From an uncultured delta proteobacterium (GTDB lineage Bacteria > Myxococcota_A > Polyangia > Palsa-1104), in NCBI GenBank assembly GCA_963785725.1, contig CAWAWS010000003.1:480001-544000 (forward strand): a stretch of DNA of 64,000 nucleotides. Reading direction: 5' to 3'. The position numbers and the translations under genes were made by a program. Of this stretch, positions 34,737-44,743 are shown one piece after another. Numbering within the stretch: position 1 is the first letter of the stretch; each line of letters opens with the position of its first letter. A model generated the notes under the pieces. The model saw only the letters and a program-made list of their open reading frames with translations. It had not been told where the DNA came from and made no database searches.

Positions 34737-35837
34737 ATGGTCGAAGACGAGAAGCATAAGCAGGCCGAACGCGAAGAGACCGACGAGAGTCTGCGGACCG
34801 AGCGGCTCAACACGGACGCCAAGCTTTCGTCCAAGAACGATTCCATCGAAGCAAAGGCCGACGACGTCGTCGCGACGGCGCGCGAGAAGGCCGATTCGGT
34901 GTTGAGCGACGCGCGCGAGCGGGAGGACCGCAAGCTGGCGGCCGGCCTGGCGCCCGCGCAACCGGCCGAGCTCCTCGGGGACGAACGCGCCGACGAGGAT
35001 GCCGCCGTCGCCGCCGAGCGTGATGGCGCCGATGCCGTGCTCGAAAGAGAGCGCGCGCGCAAAGAGCTGACGCGCGCCAGCCTTCTGGCGATCGAGAGGC
35101 AGGAAACCGACCTGCGGCTGGAGATCGAGCGCACGCGCGCCGACGAGGCGTTGACCTCGCGAGAGGACTTCCTGGCGATGGTGAGCCACGATCTGCGGTC
35201 GCTCTTGAGCGGCATCACGATGAATGCAGGCATGCTGAAGAAGCTCGTTACGCCGGAAGATTCGGAAGGCAAAGCGGCGCGACATACCGAGAGCATCGAA
35301 CGGTTCAGCGGCCGCATGAACCGGCTGATCGGCGATCTGATCGACGTCGCCAGTCTCGAGGCGGGGCAGTTGGCGATCGTTCCTCGACGAAACGATGCCA
35401 CGGCCGTGGTCCGCGAGTCGATCGAAGGCCTGCAGCTCGCCGCCGCCGCGCGTGGCGTCGCGCTGACCTGCGACAGCGGCGCCGACGCCATTTTTGCCAA
35501 GCTCGATCACGAGCGGATTCTGCAGGTGCTCGCCAATCTGATCGGCAATGCCATCAAGTTTACCGCCAAAGGTGGACGGGTCTCGGTTCGCGTCGAGCGG
35601 CGCGAGAATGACGTTCGTTTTGCGGTGCAAGATAGCGGCGAAGGGATTGCCGCCGACAAGCTGGAGCAGGTTTTCGAGCGCTTCTTCCAGGCGCGGCGAA
35701 ATGATCGGCGCGGATTGGGGCTCGGGCTTTACATCTCCAAGTCCATCGTCGACGCCCATGGTGGAAAGATCTGGGCCGAGAGCGCGCCGGGGAGAGGCAG
35801 CACCTTCGTCTTCACTCTGCCGATAACCGGTCGCTGA
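34737..35837 (+). CDS. Cytoplasmic histidine kinase with coiled-coil N-terminus
   Basis: VSHDLR, NLIGNAIKFT, GLGLGLYISK. Confidence 0.9.
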   Translation: MVEDEKHKQAEREETDESLRTERLNTDAKLSSKNDSIEAKADDVVATAREKADSVLSDAREREDRKLAAGLAPAQPAELLGDERADEDAAVAAERDGADAVLERERARKELTRASLLAIERQETDLRLEIERTRADEALTSREDFLAMVSHDLRSLLSGITMNAGMLKKLVTPEDSEGKAARHTESIERFSGRMNRLIGDLIDVASLEAGQLAIVPRRNDATAVVRESIEGLQLAAAARGVALTCDSGADAIFAKLDHERILQVLANLIGNAIKFTAKGGRVSVRVERRENDVRFAVQDSGEGIAADKLEQVFERFFQARRNDRRGLGLGLYISKSIVDAHGGKIWAESAPGRGSTFVFTLPITGR

Positions 35838-35877
35838 CGAGCAACAGCGCTGGCGCTGCTGTTCGCGCCCGTCGCTC

Positions 35878-36240
35878 TCAACAGCGCGGACGATGAAGGT
35901 GGCCCCGAATCGTCTTCTCGATTTGGCCCATCGCGCAGCCCTTGCGGAGCACGGCGTCCGCCGCTTCGCGCGCGAGCCGTGTGTCCTCGTCGCTGCTGGC
36001 GGTGAGTAGAATCCGGTAGACCCGCGGATGGCGCTCAGCCACGGTGCGCAGCAGCTCTCCGCCGGTGAGCGGCTCCATGCCGAAATCGCTGACGAGCACG
36101 TCGGGGACGACCCGGTCCATCAACGTGAGCGCCTCGTCCATCCCGGCGGCGAGGTGGACGGCGTGACCGTGAAACGCCAGCCAGTCGCCGAGAGACTGTC
36201 GAAAGTCGTCGTCGTCGTCCACCACCAAGACGCTCGCCAT
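35878..36240 (-). CDS. Single-domain response regulator
   Basis: MASVLVVDDDDD..VSDFGM..LLTA..LRKG; GGAGG RBS. Confidence 0.85.
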   Translation of the reverse strand: MASVLVVDDDDDFRQSLGDWLAFHGHAVHLAAGMDEALTLMDRVVPDVLVSDFGMEPLTGGELLRTVAERHPRVYRILLTASSDEDTRLAREAADAVLRKGCAMGQIEKTIRGHLHRPRC

Positions 36241-36261
36241 GAATCCTCCGCGGCAAGCCAA

Positions 36262-36277
36262 TGCAAGCGATGGCCCA
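36262..36277 (-). promoter_or_regulatory. Putative sigma54 promoter for the 35878-36240 regulator
   Basis: Minus-strand TGGGCCATCGCTTGCA (GG-N10-GC). Confidence 0.45.
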
Positions 36278-36299
36278 CTGCGCGCAGTGTATTGGCGGG

Positions 36300-36334
36300 C
36301 GCGCAGAGCACCGCGGTGCCCCATTTTGCGCCAC
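36300..36334. promoter_or_regulatory. 35-bp conserved upstream motif, copy 3 (inverted)
   Basis: Reverse complement GTGGCGCAAAATGGGGCACCGCGGTGCTCTGCGCG; 26/35 identical to copy 1. Confidence 0.55.
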
Positions 36335-36441
36335 CGGGGACGAATGCCACGTGCGCGATGGCTCGCCCGCGCAAGCGGGTCGCTGCGAAGCTGCGCCGGC
36401 GGCGGCGGCGCCTTCCCGCCGGCGCTGGTCGAGCTTGGTGT

Positions 36442-36456
36442 TGGCATTGGCTTTGC
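36442..36456 (+). promoter_or_regulatory. Sigma54 promoter
   Basis: TGGCATTGGCTTTGC, near-consensus TGGCAY-N5-TTGC. Confidence 0.65.
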
Positions 36457-36547
36457 GTGACCGCCTCGGAGCCAACGAGAACGCTCGGAGCGATAGTGCC
36501 TCGAGCATCGCCGATGTGACCGCAGTCGATCGAAGGGAATCCCGGAA

Positions 36548-36817
36548 ATGACGAGAGCTCGTATTCACGCAATTGCTTTGGGTGTCGCGTTGTCACTGCT
36601 CGCGCTGGGCGGCGGCGTTGCGTGGGCCGATCGTGTGGTCATCGAGCCGCCGGTCTTCGTTCCCGAGGCGGAGTTCCATCACGAGAACGGCTACTACCGG
36701 ACTCACGAGGGCCACTATTATCATTACGATAGCGACCGCAATGGTTGGCACTACGGGAGAAATCACGACGAAGGCGTTCGCTTCGAACGTGAGCGCGAGA
36801 GCCACCGTCACCGCTAA
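36548..36817 (+). CDS. Small secreted His/Tyr-rich protein
   Basis: Signal peptide ending AWA; mature part FHHENGYYRTHEGHYYHYD..WHYGRNH. Confidence 0.7.
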   Translation: MTRARIHAIALGVALSLLALGGGVAWADRVVIEPPVFVPEAEFHHENGYYRTHEGHYYHYDSDRNGWHYGRNHDEGVRFERERESHRHR

Positions 36818-36874
36818 CGAGATTACGCCGCGCTCCCGCCTTCCAATCGTTGCGGCCGATGTATCCTGATCGCT

Positions 36875-37768
36875 GTGAGCAATCCGCAAGTCTCCGAACG
36901 CTCGTCTGCAGGCGGGCTCGCAGCGCTGGTGCGGCGCGTGGTGCGCGGGCTGTTCGTGCATCACGCGTTCGATCACGCGGCCACCATGGCGTTCTATTTC
37001 TTCTTGGGCACCATTCCGCTCATGATGCTCGCGGGGCTGATTGTCGGGCGCGTGTTGGCCGGCGCCGGCGCGGAGAACCTGCTGACACCGCTTTATCGTG
37101 TGCTGCCGGAGGTGGCGCGCGAGCTGGTTCGCAACGAGGTCAGAGACATCGCCGCGGCCAACGGCGTGTCGATCGCGCCGCTCAGCTTGCTCGGTTTCAT
37201 GTGGCTCACCTCCAACGGCTTTCACAACCTGATGGACGTCTTCGAGCTGCTCATCGGCGCCGAGCCGCGCGCGTGGTGGCGACAGCGCGTGATCGCGATG
37301 GCGTGGGTCGCGGCCATGCTCGCCACCGCCCTTTTCAGCGTCGCCGGGCTCGCCGCGCTCCTCGGCTGGACCGCCGGCATTCACGATGCCGCGCAGGTGC
37401 CGCTGTTGCTGCGGCGCGTGCGTCTGGGGCCGTCGTGGCAAGCGGCGATGGTGCTGTTGGCGTTCGCGAGCGTCATGGTGCTCGGCGTCGCCGCGTTCTA
37501 CCGCATCGCCGTCGAGCACGACTCCCGAGTTCGCCGGCGCGTGTGGCCCGGCACGATCATCGCCATGGCGCTCTGGATCGGCGTGTCTTGGATCTTCAGC
37601 GCCTACGTGCACGTGATCGGCCACTACGCGATCTTCTACGGCGGCCTCGCCACGGTCGCGGTGACGCTGCTTTGGTTCTATCTTTCGAGCCTCGCATTCG
37701 TGATCGGCGCGGAGGTCAACGCGCAGCTCGAAGGCGTCGGCACCGCGCGCCCTTCACCGGCGGCGTAA
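36875..37768 (+). CDS. YihY/BrkB-family membrane protein
   Basis: AATMAFYFFL, VWPG, YAIFYGGLATVAVTLLWFYL..IGAEVNA. Confidence 0.9.
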   Translation: MSNPQVSERSSAGGLAALVRRVVRGLFVHHAFDHAATMAFYFFLGTIPLMMLAGLIVGRVLAGAGAENLLTPLYRVLPEVARELVRNEVRDIAAANGVSIAPLSLLGFMWLTSNGFHNLMDVFELLIGAEPRAWWRQRVIAMAWVAAMLATALFSVAGLAALLGWTAGIHDAAQVPLLLRRVRLGPSWQAAMVLLAFASVMVLGVAAFYRIAVEHDSRVRRRVWPGTIIAMALWIGVSWIFSAYVHVIGHYAIFYGGLATVAVTLLWFYLSSLAFVIGAEVNAQLEGVGTARPSPAA

Positions 37769-37937
37769 TCTTCGCGCTCCGGGTTGCGCCGGCCACCCTC
37801 GGTCGCTGAACGCCGAGGCTTCGGCCGGCTCGGGCTCCGCGGCGCAGCGTCAGTCGGCGTCTCCGCCGATTGACTCCGACCGAGAGCGACCTACGTCACC
37901 GGACGCGTGCGCATCGCGCGCCAAGGGGAGGCGGGTC

Positions 37938-40214
37938 ATGGGGCAGTGGATACGCAGTATCGTCATCGTCGCCGTCGTCGCCGGCACCGTCGCCGCCGAC
38001 GCGCAATCGGCGCCGCCGTTCGAGCGCACCGAGCAGCGCGCCGCCTGTGCCAGCTACGCCCCGACGCGACAGCCGTTCTTCGGCGAGCTCCATATCCACA
38101 CCCAATATTCGGCCGACGCCTCCACGCTCGACACGCGCAACACGCCGCGCGAGGCCTACGACTTCGCCAAGGGCAAGCTGGTCGGACTGCCGCCGTTCGT
38201 CAACACGCTGCGCAATACCACGCCGAACCCGTCGCCGCTGGCGCAAGTGTCGGCACACCCTTATTGCTTGCCGCCGCAGCAGTGCCAATACACGGCGACC
38301 CGTAGCGTTCAGCTGCACCGGCCGCTCGACTTCACTGCCGTCACCGATCATTCGGAGTGGCTGGGCGAAGACGCCATCTGCTTCTACGAGCCGACGCAGA
38401 GTTGCACCACCGACTCCAACTGTCCCACCGGCCAGACCTGCGTCAGCAAGCTCTCGCCGGACGAGATCGGCCGCAACCAGGTCTGCGCGCCGCGCGGCTA
38501 TCACGCCGAAGCGTGCATCTTGGCGCGCGAAGACGTGTCGCGCCTGCGCACCGGCCTCGGCTCGCAGCTCATCGGCAGCACTGTCATCGAGGAGAATCCG
38601 CGCCGGCTGCCGTTCTGTAAGGAGTCGGCGACGCCGACGCTGGACACCTGCACCTTTCAGGCGGGCAACATCTGGCAGCAGATCATCTCCGACGCCGAGG
38701 AGGCCTACGACCGCTCGGCGCAGTGCAGCTTCACCAGCTTCGTCGCCTACGAATACACGAGCATGCCCGGCATGGGGCAGTGCGCCGGCACCAACGCGCC
38801 CTGCTTCGCCGACGCCGACTGCGGCGGCAGCAGCTGTCAGCCCAACGCCGGTGGCGGCAACAACCTGCATCGCAACATCATCTTCCGCAACCTGAACGTG
38901 CCCGACCTGCCCATCAGCTACGTCGAGGTGCCGACCGGCTGCGGCAAGGGCTCGAGCTGCGATCACGGTGGCCCGCTGGCCTCGCCGGTGCAGATGTTGG
39001 ACGCGCTGCACGGCGCCTGCAACAAGAGCAACGGCTGCGACTTTTTGTCCATCCCGCACAACTCGAACCTCTCGGGCGGCGCCATGTTCCTCTTACCCGA
39101 GAGCGAGCACGAGGCGCGCGTGCGCAATGAGTTCGAGCCGCTGGTCGAGATCTTCCAGATCAAGGGCGGCTCCGAGTGCCGCTACTCGGCGCAGCATCCG
39201 GGCGCCTGGGACACGCTCGACGAGCTGTGCAACTTCGAGAACATGAGCTACGGCAAGCTGGCGGCGCCGTTCGTGACCGATCCGACGCCGGCGCAGATCC
39301 CGACGTCGAGCTACGTGCGCAACGCGCTCAAGCTGGGCCTGGCCTACGCCGACCAGCACCAGGGCGTCAACCCGTTCCAGCTCGGCTTCGCCGGCGCCAC
39401 CGACTCGCACAACGGCACGCCCGGCGCCACCGAGGCGGCTACCTACAGCAAGGCAGCCGGCCACGGCGACGTCAGCTTCGCCGTCTCGGGCGAGGCGCTC
39501 AACGAGGCGCTCTTCGTCGGGCTGGAGACCAACGGCGGCGGCCTGACCGTCGCCTGGTCGGAGGAGAACTCGCGCGACAGCATCTTCGCCGCGCTCAAGC
39601 GGCGCGAGACCTACGCCACGTCGGGCACGCGGCCGATCGTGCGCTTCTTCGGCGGCTTCGGGTTGCCGCGCGGGCTGTGCGGCCAGGGCGACTTCGCCGC
39701 GCGCGGCTACGCCAACGGCGTGCCCATGGGCGGCACGCTCAGCGGCGGCAACGGCCGCGCGCCCAGCTTCGCCGTCTCGGCGCTGCGCGATCCCGACAGC
39801 TCGGCGCTGACCAAGGCGCAGATCGTCAAAGGCTGGGTCGACGCCAACGGCCAGACGCACGAGAAGGTGTACGACGTGGCCGGCGACACGCGCCCACGCG
39901 GCGACGTCGATCTGCGCAGCTGCCAGCCGACCGGCCACGGCTACGGCGACCTGTGCGCGGTGTGGACCGATCCCGACTTCCACCCGCACGATCGCGCCTT
40001 CTATTACGTGCGCGTGGTCGAGAACCCGAGCTGCCGCTGGAACCAGTATTACTGCCTGCAGCGCGGTGTCGACTGCTCGCAGCCGCCGCAGACCAACAAC
40101 CCGCTGGTCAACTACACGGCCTGGGATTACCAGCAGTGCTGCGCCAACCTGGTGCCGGAGAAGGTGCAGCAGCGCGCCTGGACGTCCCCCATTTGGTACG
40201 CGCAGAGCCATTGA
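37938..40214 (+). CDS. DUF3604 domain secreted protein (PHP-like metallohydrolase)
   Basis: FGELHIHTQYSADA, PLDFTAVTDHSE, NLHRNIIF, IPHNSNLSGG, EIFQIKGGSEC, TDSH, ETYATSGTR, QQRAWTSPIWY. Confidence 0.9.
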   Translation: MGQWIRSIVIVAVVAGTVAADAQSAPPFERTEQRAACASYAPTRQPFFGELHIHTQYSADASTLDTRNTPREAYDFAKGKLVGLPPFVNTLRNTTPNPSPLAQVSAHPYCLPPQQCQYTATRSVQLHRPLDFTAVTDHSEWLGEDAICFYEPTQSCTTDSNCPTGQTCVSKLSPDEIGRNQVCAPRGYHAEACILAREDVSRLRTGLGSQLIGSTVIEENPRRLPFCKESATPTLDTCTFQAGNIWQQIISDAEEAYDRSAQCSFTSFVAYEYTSMPGMGQCAGTNAPCFADADCGGSSCQPNAGGGNNLHRNIIFRNLNVPDLPISYVEVPTGCGKGSSCDHGGPLASPVQMLDALHGACNKSNGCDFLSIPHNSNLSGGAMFLLPESEHEARVRNEFEPLVEIFQIKGGSECRYSAQHPGAWDTLDELCNFENMSYGKLAAPFVTDPTPAQIPTSSYVRNALKLGLAYADQHQGVNPFQLGFAGATDSHNGTPGATEAATYSKAAGHGDVSFAVSGEALNEALFVGLETNGGGLTVAWSEENSRDSIFAALKRRETYATSGTRPIVRFFGGFGLPRGLCGQGDFAARGYANGVPMGGTLSGGNGRAPSFAVSALRDPDSSALTKAQIVKGWVDANGQTHEKVYDVAGDTRPRGDVDLRSCQPTGHGYGDLCAVWTDPDFHPHDRAFYYVRVVENPSCRWNQYYCLQRGVDCSQPPQTNNPLVNYTAWDYQQCCANLVPEKVQQRAWTSPIWYAQSH

Positions 40215-40216
40215 CG

Positions 40217-41251
40217 ATGGGGCGCCTATTGCGAATGCCGCTGGTGCACTTCGTTCTGCTGGGCGGCGCGCTGTACGGCGGCGCGCGCTTCGTCGGCGAC
40301 GGGCGGCCGCCGCCGGCCGACGGCGGCCCGGTGGTCGTCGACGCCGCGCGCCTCGAGCGGCTGGCCGCCGACTACGCGCGCGAAGCGGGCACGCCGCCGA
40401 CGCGCGCGCAGCTGGAAGGGCTGGTGGCGCAGACCGTCGACGACGAGCTGCTCTTCCGAGCCGCGCGCGCCGCGCGGCTCGACGTCGAAGATCGCAGCGT
40501 GCGCCTGCGCCTGGTGCAGAAGATGCGCGCCATCAGCGACGATCCGCGGCTCGTCGACGAGGCGCTCTATCGCGCGGCGCTGACGCTGGGCCTCGACGAC
40601 GACCTGGTGGTGCGCCGCATCCTGGCGGAGAAGATGCGCCTCTTGCTGGCGGCCGACGCGCACGCCGCGCCGCCAGCCGACGCCGAGCTGAGCGCCTGGA
40701 TGGAGGCGCATCGCGCCGACTACGAGATGTCGGCCGCGGTCAGCTTCACGCAGCTGTTCCTGAGCGCGCGCAGGCACGGGGCGCGGCTCGACGCCGACGC
40801 GGCGGCGCTGGGGCGGTGGCTGCGCCGCGCCGATCCGCCGCCCGATCGCGCGGCCGCGCGCTCCGATCCGTTTCCGCTGGGCACGACGATGCGGGCGCGG
40901 TCGCGCGCCGAGATCGAGCGGCAGCTGGGCGACGCGCTGGCCACGGCGGTGATGGCGCTGCCGGTCGGGCGCTGGTCGGAGCCGCTGCCGTCGCCGTTCG
41001 GCCTGCACCTGGTGCGCGTCGACGAGCGCCGGCCGGCGGCGCTGCTACCGCTCGACGCCGTGCGCCGGCAGGTGCGGCTGGCGGTCGAGCAGTCGCGGGC
41101 GCAAGCGCGGCTGCAGGCGGCGCTGACGCGGCTGCGCGGACGCTACGAGGTGCGCGTCGACGAACGCGCGCTGCCCGAGGCGATCGCGGCCGCGGCGCGG
41201 CTGCCGCTGGCGCCGCTGGCCAGCGCGGTCGGCACGCGAGGCGCGCCATGA
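40217..41251 (+). CDS. PpiC-type peptidyl-prolyl isomerase
   Basis: PLVHFVLLG; GRWSEPLPSPFGLHLVRV. Confidence 0.85.
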   Translation: MGRLLRMPLVHFVLLGGALYGGARFVGDGRPPPADGGPVVVDAARLERLAADYAREAGTPPTRAQLEGLVAQTVDDELLFRAARAARLDVEDRSVRLRLVQKMRAISDDPRLVDEALYRAALTLGLDDDLVVRRILAEKMRLLLAADAHAAPPADAELSAWMEAHRADYEMSAAVSFTQLFLSARRHGARLDADAAALGRWLRRADPPPDRAAARSDPFPLGTTMRARSRAEIERQLGDALATAVMALPVGRWSEPLPSPFGLHLVRVDERRPAALLPLDAVRRQVRLAVEQSRAQARLQAALTRLRGRYEVRVDERALPEAIAAAARLPLAPLASAVGTRGAP

Positions 41252-42255
41252 GCCGCCGTTCGCCCGCCGGCGGGCCGCTCGCCCTCGCGCCGCTCGCCTT
41301 GGCCGCGCTCGTCGCCGTCGCCACACCGGCGCGGGCTCATCCGCTCAACCCCGCGCTGCTCGACGTCCACGAGCGCGGCGACGGCAGCTGCGATGTGCGC
41401 TGGCGCGTGCCCGTCGCCGGGCCGGTGCTGGCGCCGATCACACCCGAGCTGCCGGCCGGATGGCGCGTGCGCGAGGCGCCGCAGAGCGAGCTGGTGGCGG
41501 CCGGGCAGAGCGTCGGCACGCGCTGGCGCGTCGACTGCGGCCCCGCCGGCCTGGTCGGCGCGCGGCTGGCGGTGGCCGGCCTCGACGCGCGCCGCACCGA
41601 CGCGCTGGTCCGCGTCGCCCGCGCCGACGGCACGACGCTGCAGGCGGTGCTGCGTCCGGGAGCGGCTGCGTTCGTGATCGCGCCGCTGCGCTCGAGCGGC
41701 GGCGTGTTCCGCGCCTACCTGACGCTGGGCGTGCGCCACATCCTGTCCGGCGCCGACCACCTGCTGTTCGTGCTCGGCCTCTTGCTGCTGGTCGGCGATC
41801 GCCGGCGCCTGTTGTGGACGGTGACCGCCTTCACCGCCGGCCACAGCGTCACGCTGTCGCTGGCGGCGCTGGGCGTGGTGCGCGCGCCGCCACGTCCGGT
41901 CGAGCTCTTGATCGCGATGACCATCCTGGTGGTCGGCGTCGAGCTGACCTTGCCGGCGACGGCGCGGCGGCTGGGGCCGCGGCCGTGGCGGATCGCGTTC
42001 CTGTTCGGGCTGCTGCACGGCCTCGGCTTCGCCGGCGCGCTGGCGCAGGTGGGGCTGCCGCCGCGGGAGATTCCGCTGGCGCTGCTGTCGTTCAACATCG
42101 GCATCGAGCTGGGCCAGCTGGCGTTCATCGGCGTCGTGCTCGCACTGCAGCGCGCCTGGCAGGCGCGACCGCTGATGCGCGCGCGCTGGCTCGTGCGGCT
42201 GCCGCCCTACGTCATCGGATCGCTGGCCGTGTTCTGGATCCTGCAGCGCCTGTGA
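41248..42255 (+). CDS. HupE/UreJ-family membrane protein
   Basis: LGVRHILSGADHLLF, TAFTAGHSVTL, FGLLHGLGFA, FNIGIELGQL. Confidence 0.9.
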   Translation: MSRRSPAGGPLALAPLALAALVAVATPARAHPLNPALLDVHERGDGSCDVRWRVPVAGPVLAPITPELPAGWRVREAPQSELVAAGQSVGTRWRVDCGPAGLVGARLAVAGLDARRTDALVRVARADGTTLQAVLRPGAAAFVIAPLRSSGGVFRAYLTLGVRHILSGADHLLFVLGLLLLVGDRRRLLWTVTAFTAGHSVTLSLAALGVVRAPPRPVELLIAMTILVVGVELTLPATARRLGPRPWRIAFLFGLLHGLGFAGALAQVGLPPREIPLALLSFNIGIELGQLAFIGVVLALQRAWQARPLMRARWLVRLPPYVIGSLAVFWILQRL

Positions 42256-42589
42256 CGAGGAGCGCGGCGCCTGCGCCGGTGAAGGTGCGTCAGCGGGCAG
42301 GCCGCGTCGTAGCCGCGCCGGTCGAGCGACCGACGATCAGCCGGGAATGTGGCTCGACCGCGCCGCCGCTGCCACGGCGTCGTCGGCCTGCTCGACCTCC
42401 AACTCCACCTCGGCCGCGCCCGACCTGGCACACGCGCAAGTCGTAGTCGGTCCTAGGATGTGAGTGCCCATTGGGGTACCTACACATTTTGGGTTGCGGA
42501 AGCTCACATCGTGCAAGTTGGGCGCCCGTGTTGTGGAGCTCGACGTTGCTCGTCGAACCGATACAGCTATTCTCGATCGGCCACACGTC

Positions 42590-42885
42590 ACCAAGTCGAT
42601 CGGCCTTCGACTTGTTTCGTCTTGGCTGAAAACGGTGAATACCGAGACACTCGAGCGCTGGCAGAGCACGAGCACCAAGCGCTTGATCCACATGGACGCG
42701 TGTCGCAGACGAGAACCAATATTGATCGAAATGCGAGGACGGACGACTGCCGCCAGCGCCCGTCTTGCCTACGTACTCGCAGCGACGGCCACTCCAAAAC
42801 ACGTAGATGCAGTTGGCAGAGTGGCAGCTCTCCGCGAACCATCTTTTGATGGTGCTCCTCTTCTTTTCAATACCCAGCCCTTAAA
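42590..42885 (-). pseudogene. GIY-YIG nuclease-like fragment
   Basis: CIYVFWSGRRCEYVGKTG..LECLGIHRFQPRRN; an in-frame TAA lies just upstream and no proper start is present. Confidence 0.5.
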
Positions 42886-42966
42886 ATAACGGCGCGCTCG
42901 TATGCGGCGGCGACAACTGCCCGCCCCACAGCGTCGTAGAGGCCGCCACGTGTTCCCGATTTTCGC

Positions 42967-43845
42967 TTAATCCGTTCCCTCGCTGGAATCGATCTCCTCT
43001 TGGACGTGCTGCAGGTCGAGGGCTAACTTCGCGAGGGCGGCGCTCAGCTCGCCGAGCATGGCGGCGCGGTCGCCCAGCACGCGCCCGTCGACTTTGCTGA
43101 CTGTTCCCAGCGGAGACGTGAGGATCTCCATTCGGCGTTGCGCAGCGTCGCGATTAGGGGGGAGGAAACCCAGTCTGGTCCACTTGTCGATCAACAAGTC
43201 GCGGGCCGACTGTTTGTCGCCAGGCAGCTTGGTGTTCAGGTACTGCCAAATGAATTCCGGATACTCGCTCCCCGGGGTAGGCGGTCGGTCGAGAATCCGC
43301 GCCAGCAAACCAGTGTCGATGGTCGCCGGCAGCCGGCTCGCCGTCGGTACCGAAAGCGCGGCAGTGCCGAGTATCAGCAATACGCCGGCACCTCCGATGA
43401 GCAGCCCTGTGCCTGCGTGGCTCAGCTCCGGATTGGGTGGCTGATAGCTTGCCGCCAGCACCATCGACGTGCCGACGACGATGAGCGCGTTGCCGGCGGT
43501 CACGGCGGCCGCCGTGAGCGTCCCGGATGTCGAGACGCGGCGGTTAACGACAAAGTCGTGCCCATTCAAGGACTGCGCCTCCTCATAGCGGAGTCGCCCC
43601 AGGAAACCTTCTAGCCCGAGCTGCAACGTCGCCGTCTGCCGCGTGGCCTTCTCGAGGAGACGCAAGCGCTCGATGGACGTTTCGGGCGTCTGCGCCGGCG
43701 GCGCGTTCTGGATTCGTTCCACGATGGACTGCAGATGCAGGATTTCACTGACGTGCGTGGTGCGATCGCTGGACTCGGATGGCTTCGCGTCAGCCGCTGC
43801 ACACCAGCTGATCGACAGCCAAACCGTGATGATTCGGAAACGCAT
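42967..43845 (-). CDS. Hypothetical exported/membrane protein
   Basis: Signal-like N-terminus and two hydrophobic segments. Confidence 0.6.
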   Translation of the reverse strand: MRFRIITVWLSISWCAAADAKPSESSDRTTHVSEILHLQSIVERIQNAPPAQTPETSIERLRLLEKATRQTATLQLGLEGFLGRLRYEEAQSLNGHDFVVNRRVSTSGTLTAAAVTAGNALIVVGTSMVLAASYQPPNPELSHAGTGLLIGGAGVLLILGTAALSVPTASRLPATIDTGLLARILDRPPTPGSEYPEFIWQYLNTKLPGDKQSARDLLIDKWTRLGFLPPNRDAAQRRMEILTSPLGTVSKVDGRVLGDRAAMLGELSAALAKLALDLQHVQEEIDSSEGTD

Positions 43846-43997
43846 GCACCGTTCCTCTGCACGCGCGCCCTTCCGTCAATCAGTCTGGAGCACCAGACGG
43901 GCGACGAGCTGAATCGGCACCGCGTCTCCGACGGCGACGTCGCCGCGGCGCCGCTCACATCGTCTGTATTCGCGCCAGGGAAGTGTGCTCGAAGAGC

Positions 43998-44260
43998 ATA
44001 AGCGTTCGGCGAACCGCGTCGTGACGCCGGTGGTGGTGCGAGAGGAGATCAACTCGCTGCATGCGACGAGCGCCACGAGAAGTGTGGATTAAGCGGGTCG
44101 AGCGCTGGCGTGACAGCGGCCTGAGCGCGAAGGAACTCGCTGAGCAGGCCGGCGTGGACTCGGACCGACTTCGGCATTGGAAATAGCGGCTCTCGCCAGG
44201 GAGAGTATTGAGCCGAAGGAGGCGACAGTCGCAGCAGCTGCGGTTGCAGCGCCGTTCGCG
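43998..44260 (+). mobile_element. IS66-family remnant (left end plus truncated TnpA)
   Basis: ATAAGCGTTCGGCGAACC resembles an IS66 end. ATG 44061: MRRAPREVWIKRVERWRDSGLSAKELAEQAGVDSDRLRHWK* (premature TAG). Right boundary approximate. Confidence 0.6.
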
Positions 44261-44743
44261 TTCGTCGAGGTGACGCCAACGCCGCCTCACGATCGCGACG
44301 ACGAGGTGACCGAGATCGTGGCTTCGGGTGGCTTCCGCATTCGAGTGCCTTAAAGATGATTCTGACGCGATCCGCCACTCGACCGTCCCGAACGGCGCGC
44401 GACCGCCCCACGAGGCGGCGCGCGACGATGGGCGACCCCATTCGCGTGCGCACGGCTGGCACCGTCATCGTTCGCCAGTGTCCCGAAGCCGCCAAACCTT
44501 CCTTCCTTTTTGGGACTCATGGTTTCGACCGCGATCGCCACGCCGCAGCGCTTCGCGAAAGAGGACGACGGTGCCTGCGCTTGTCAGCGGAGGAGTGCCA
44601 AAGAATCGAGAAGGTGTCCTCGGCATCAAAGCCGGCGAGCTTGCACATTGCGCGAGGTTGGAGGCACCGCGCGTTCACACCGTTGCCAGTGATCCGGTTC
44701 GACTCGTTTTCCGCACGAAGACTTGGTGCGTGGCTCGCCTCTA

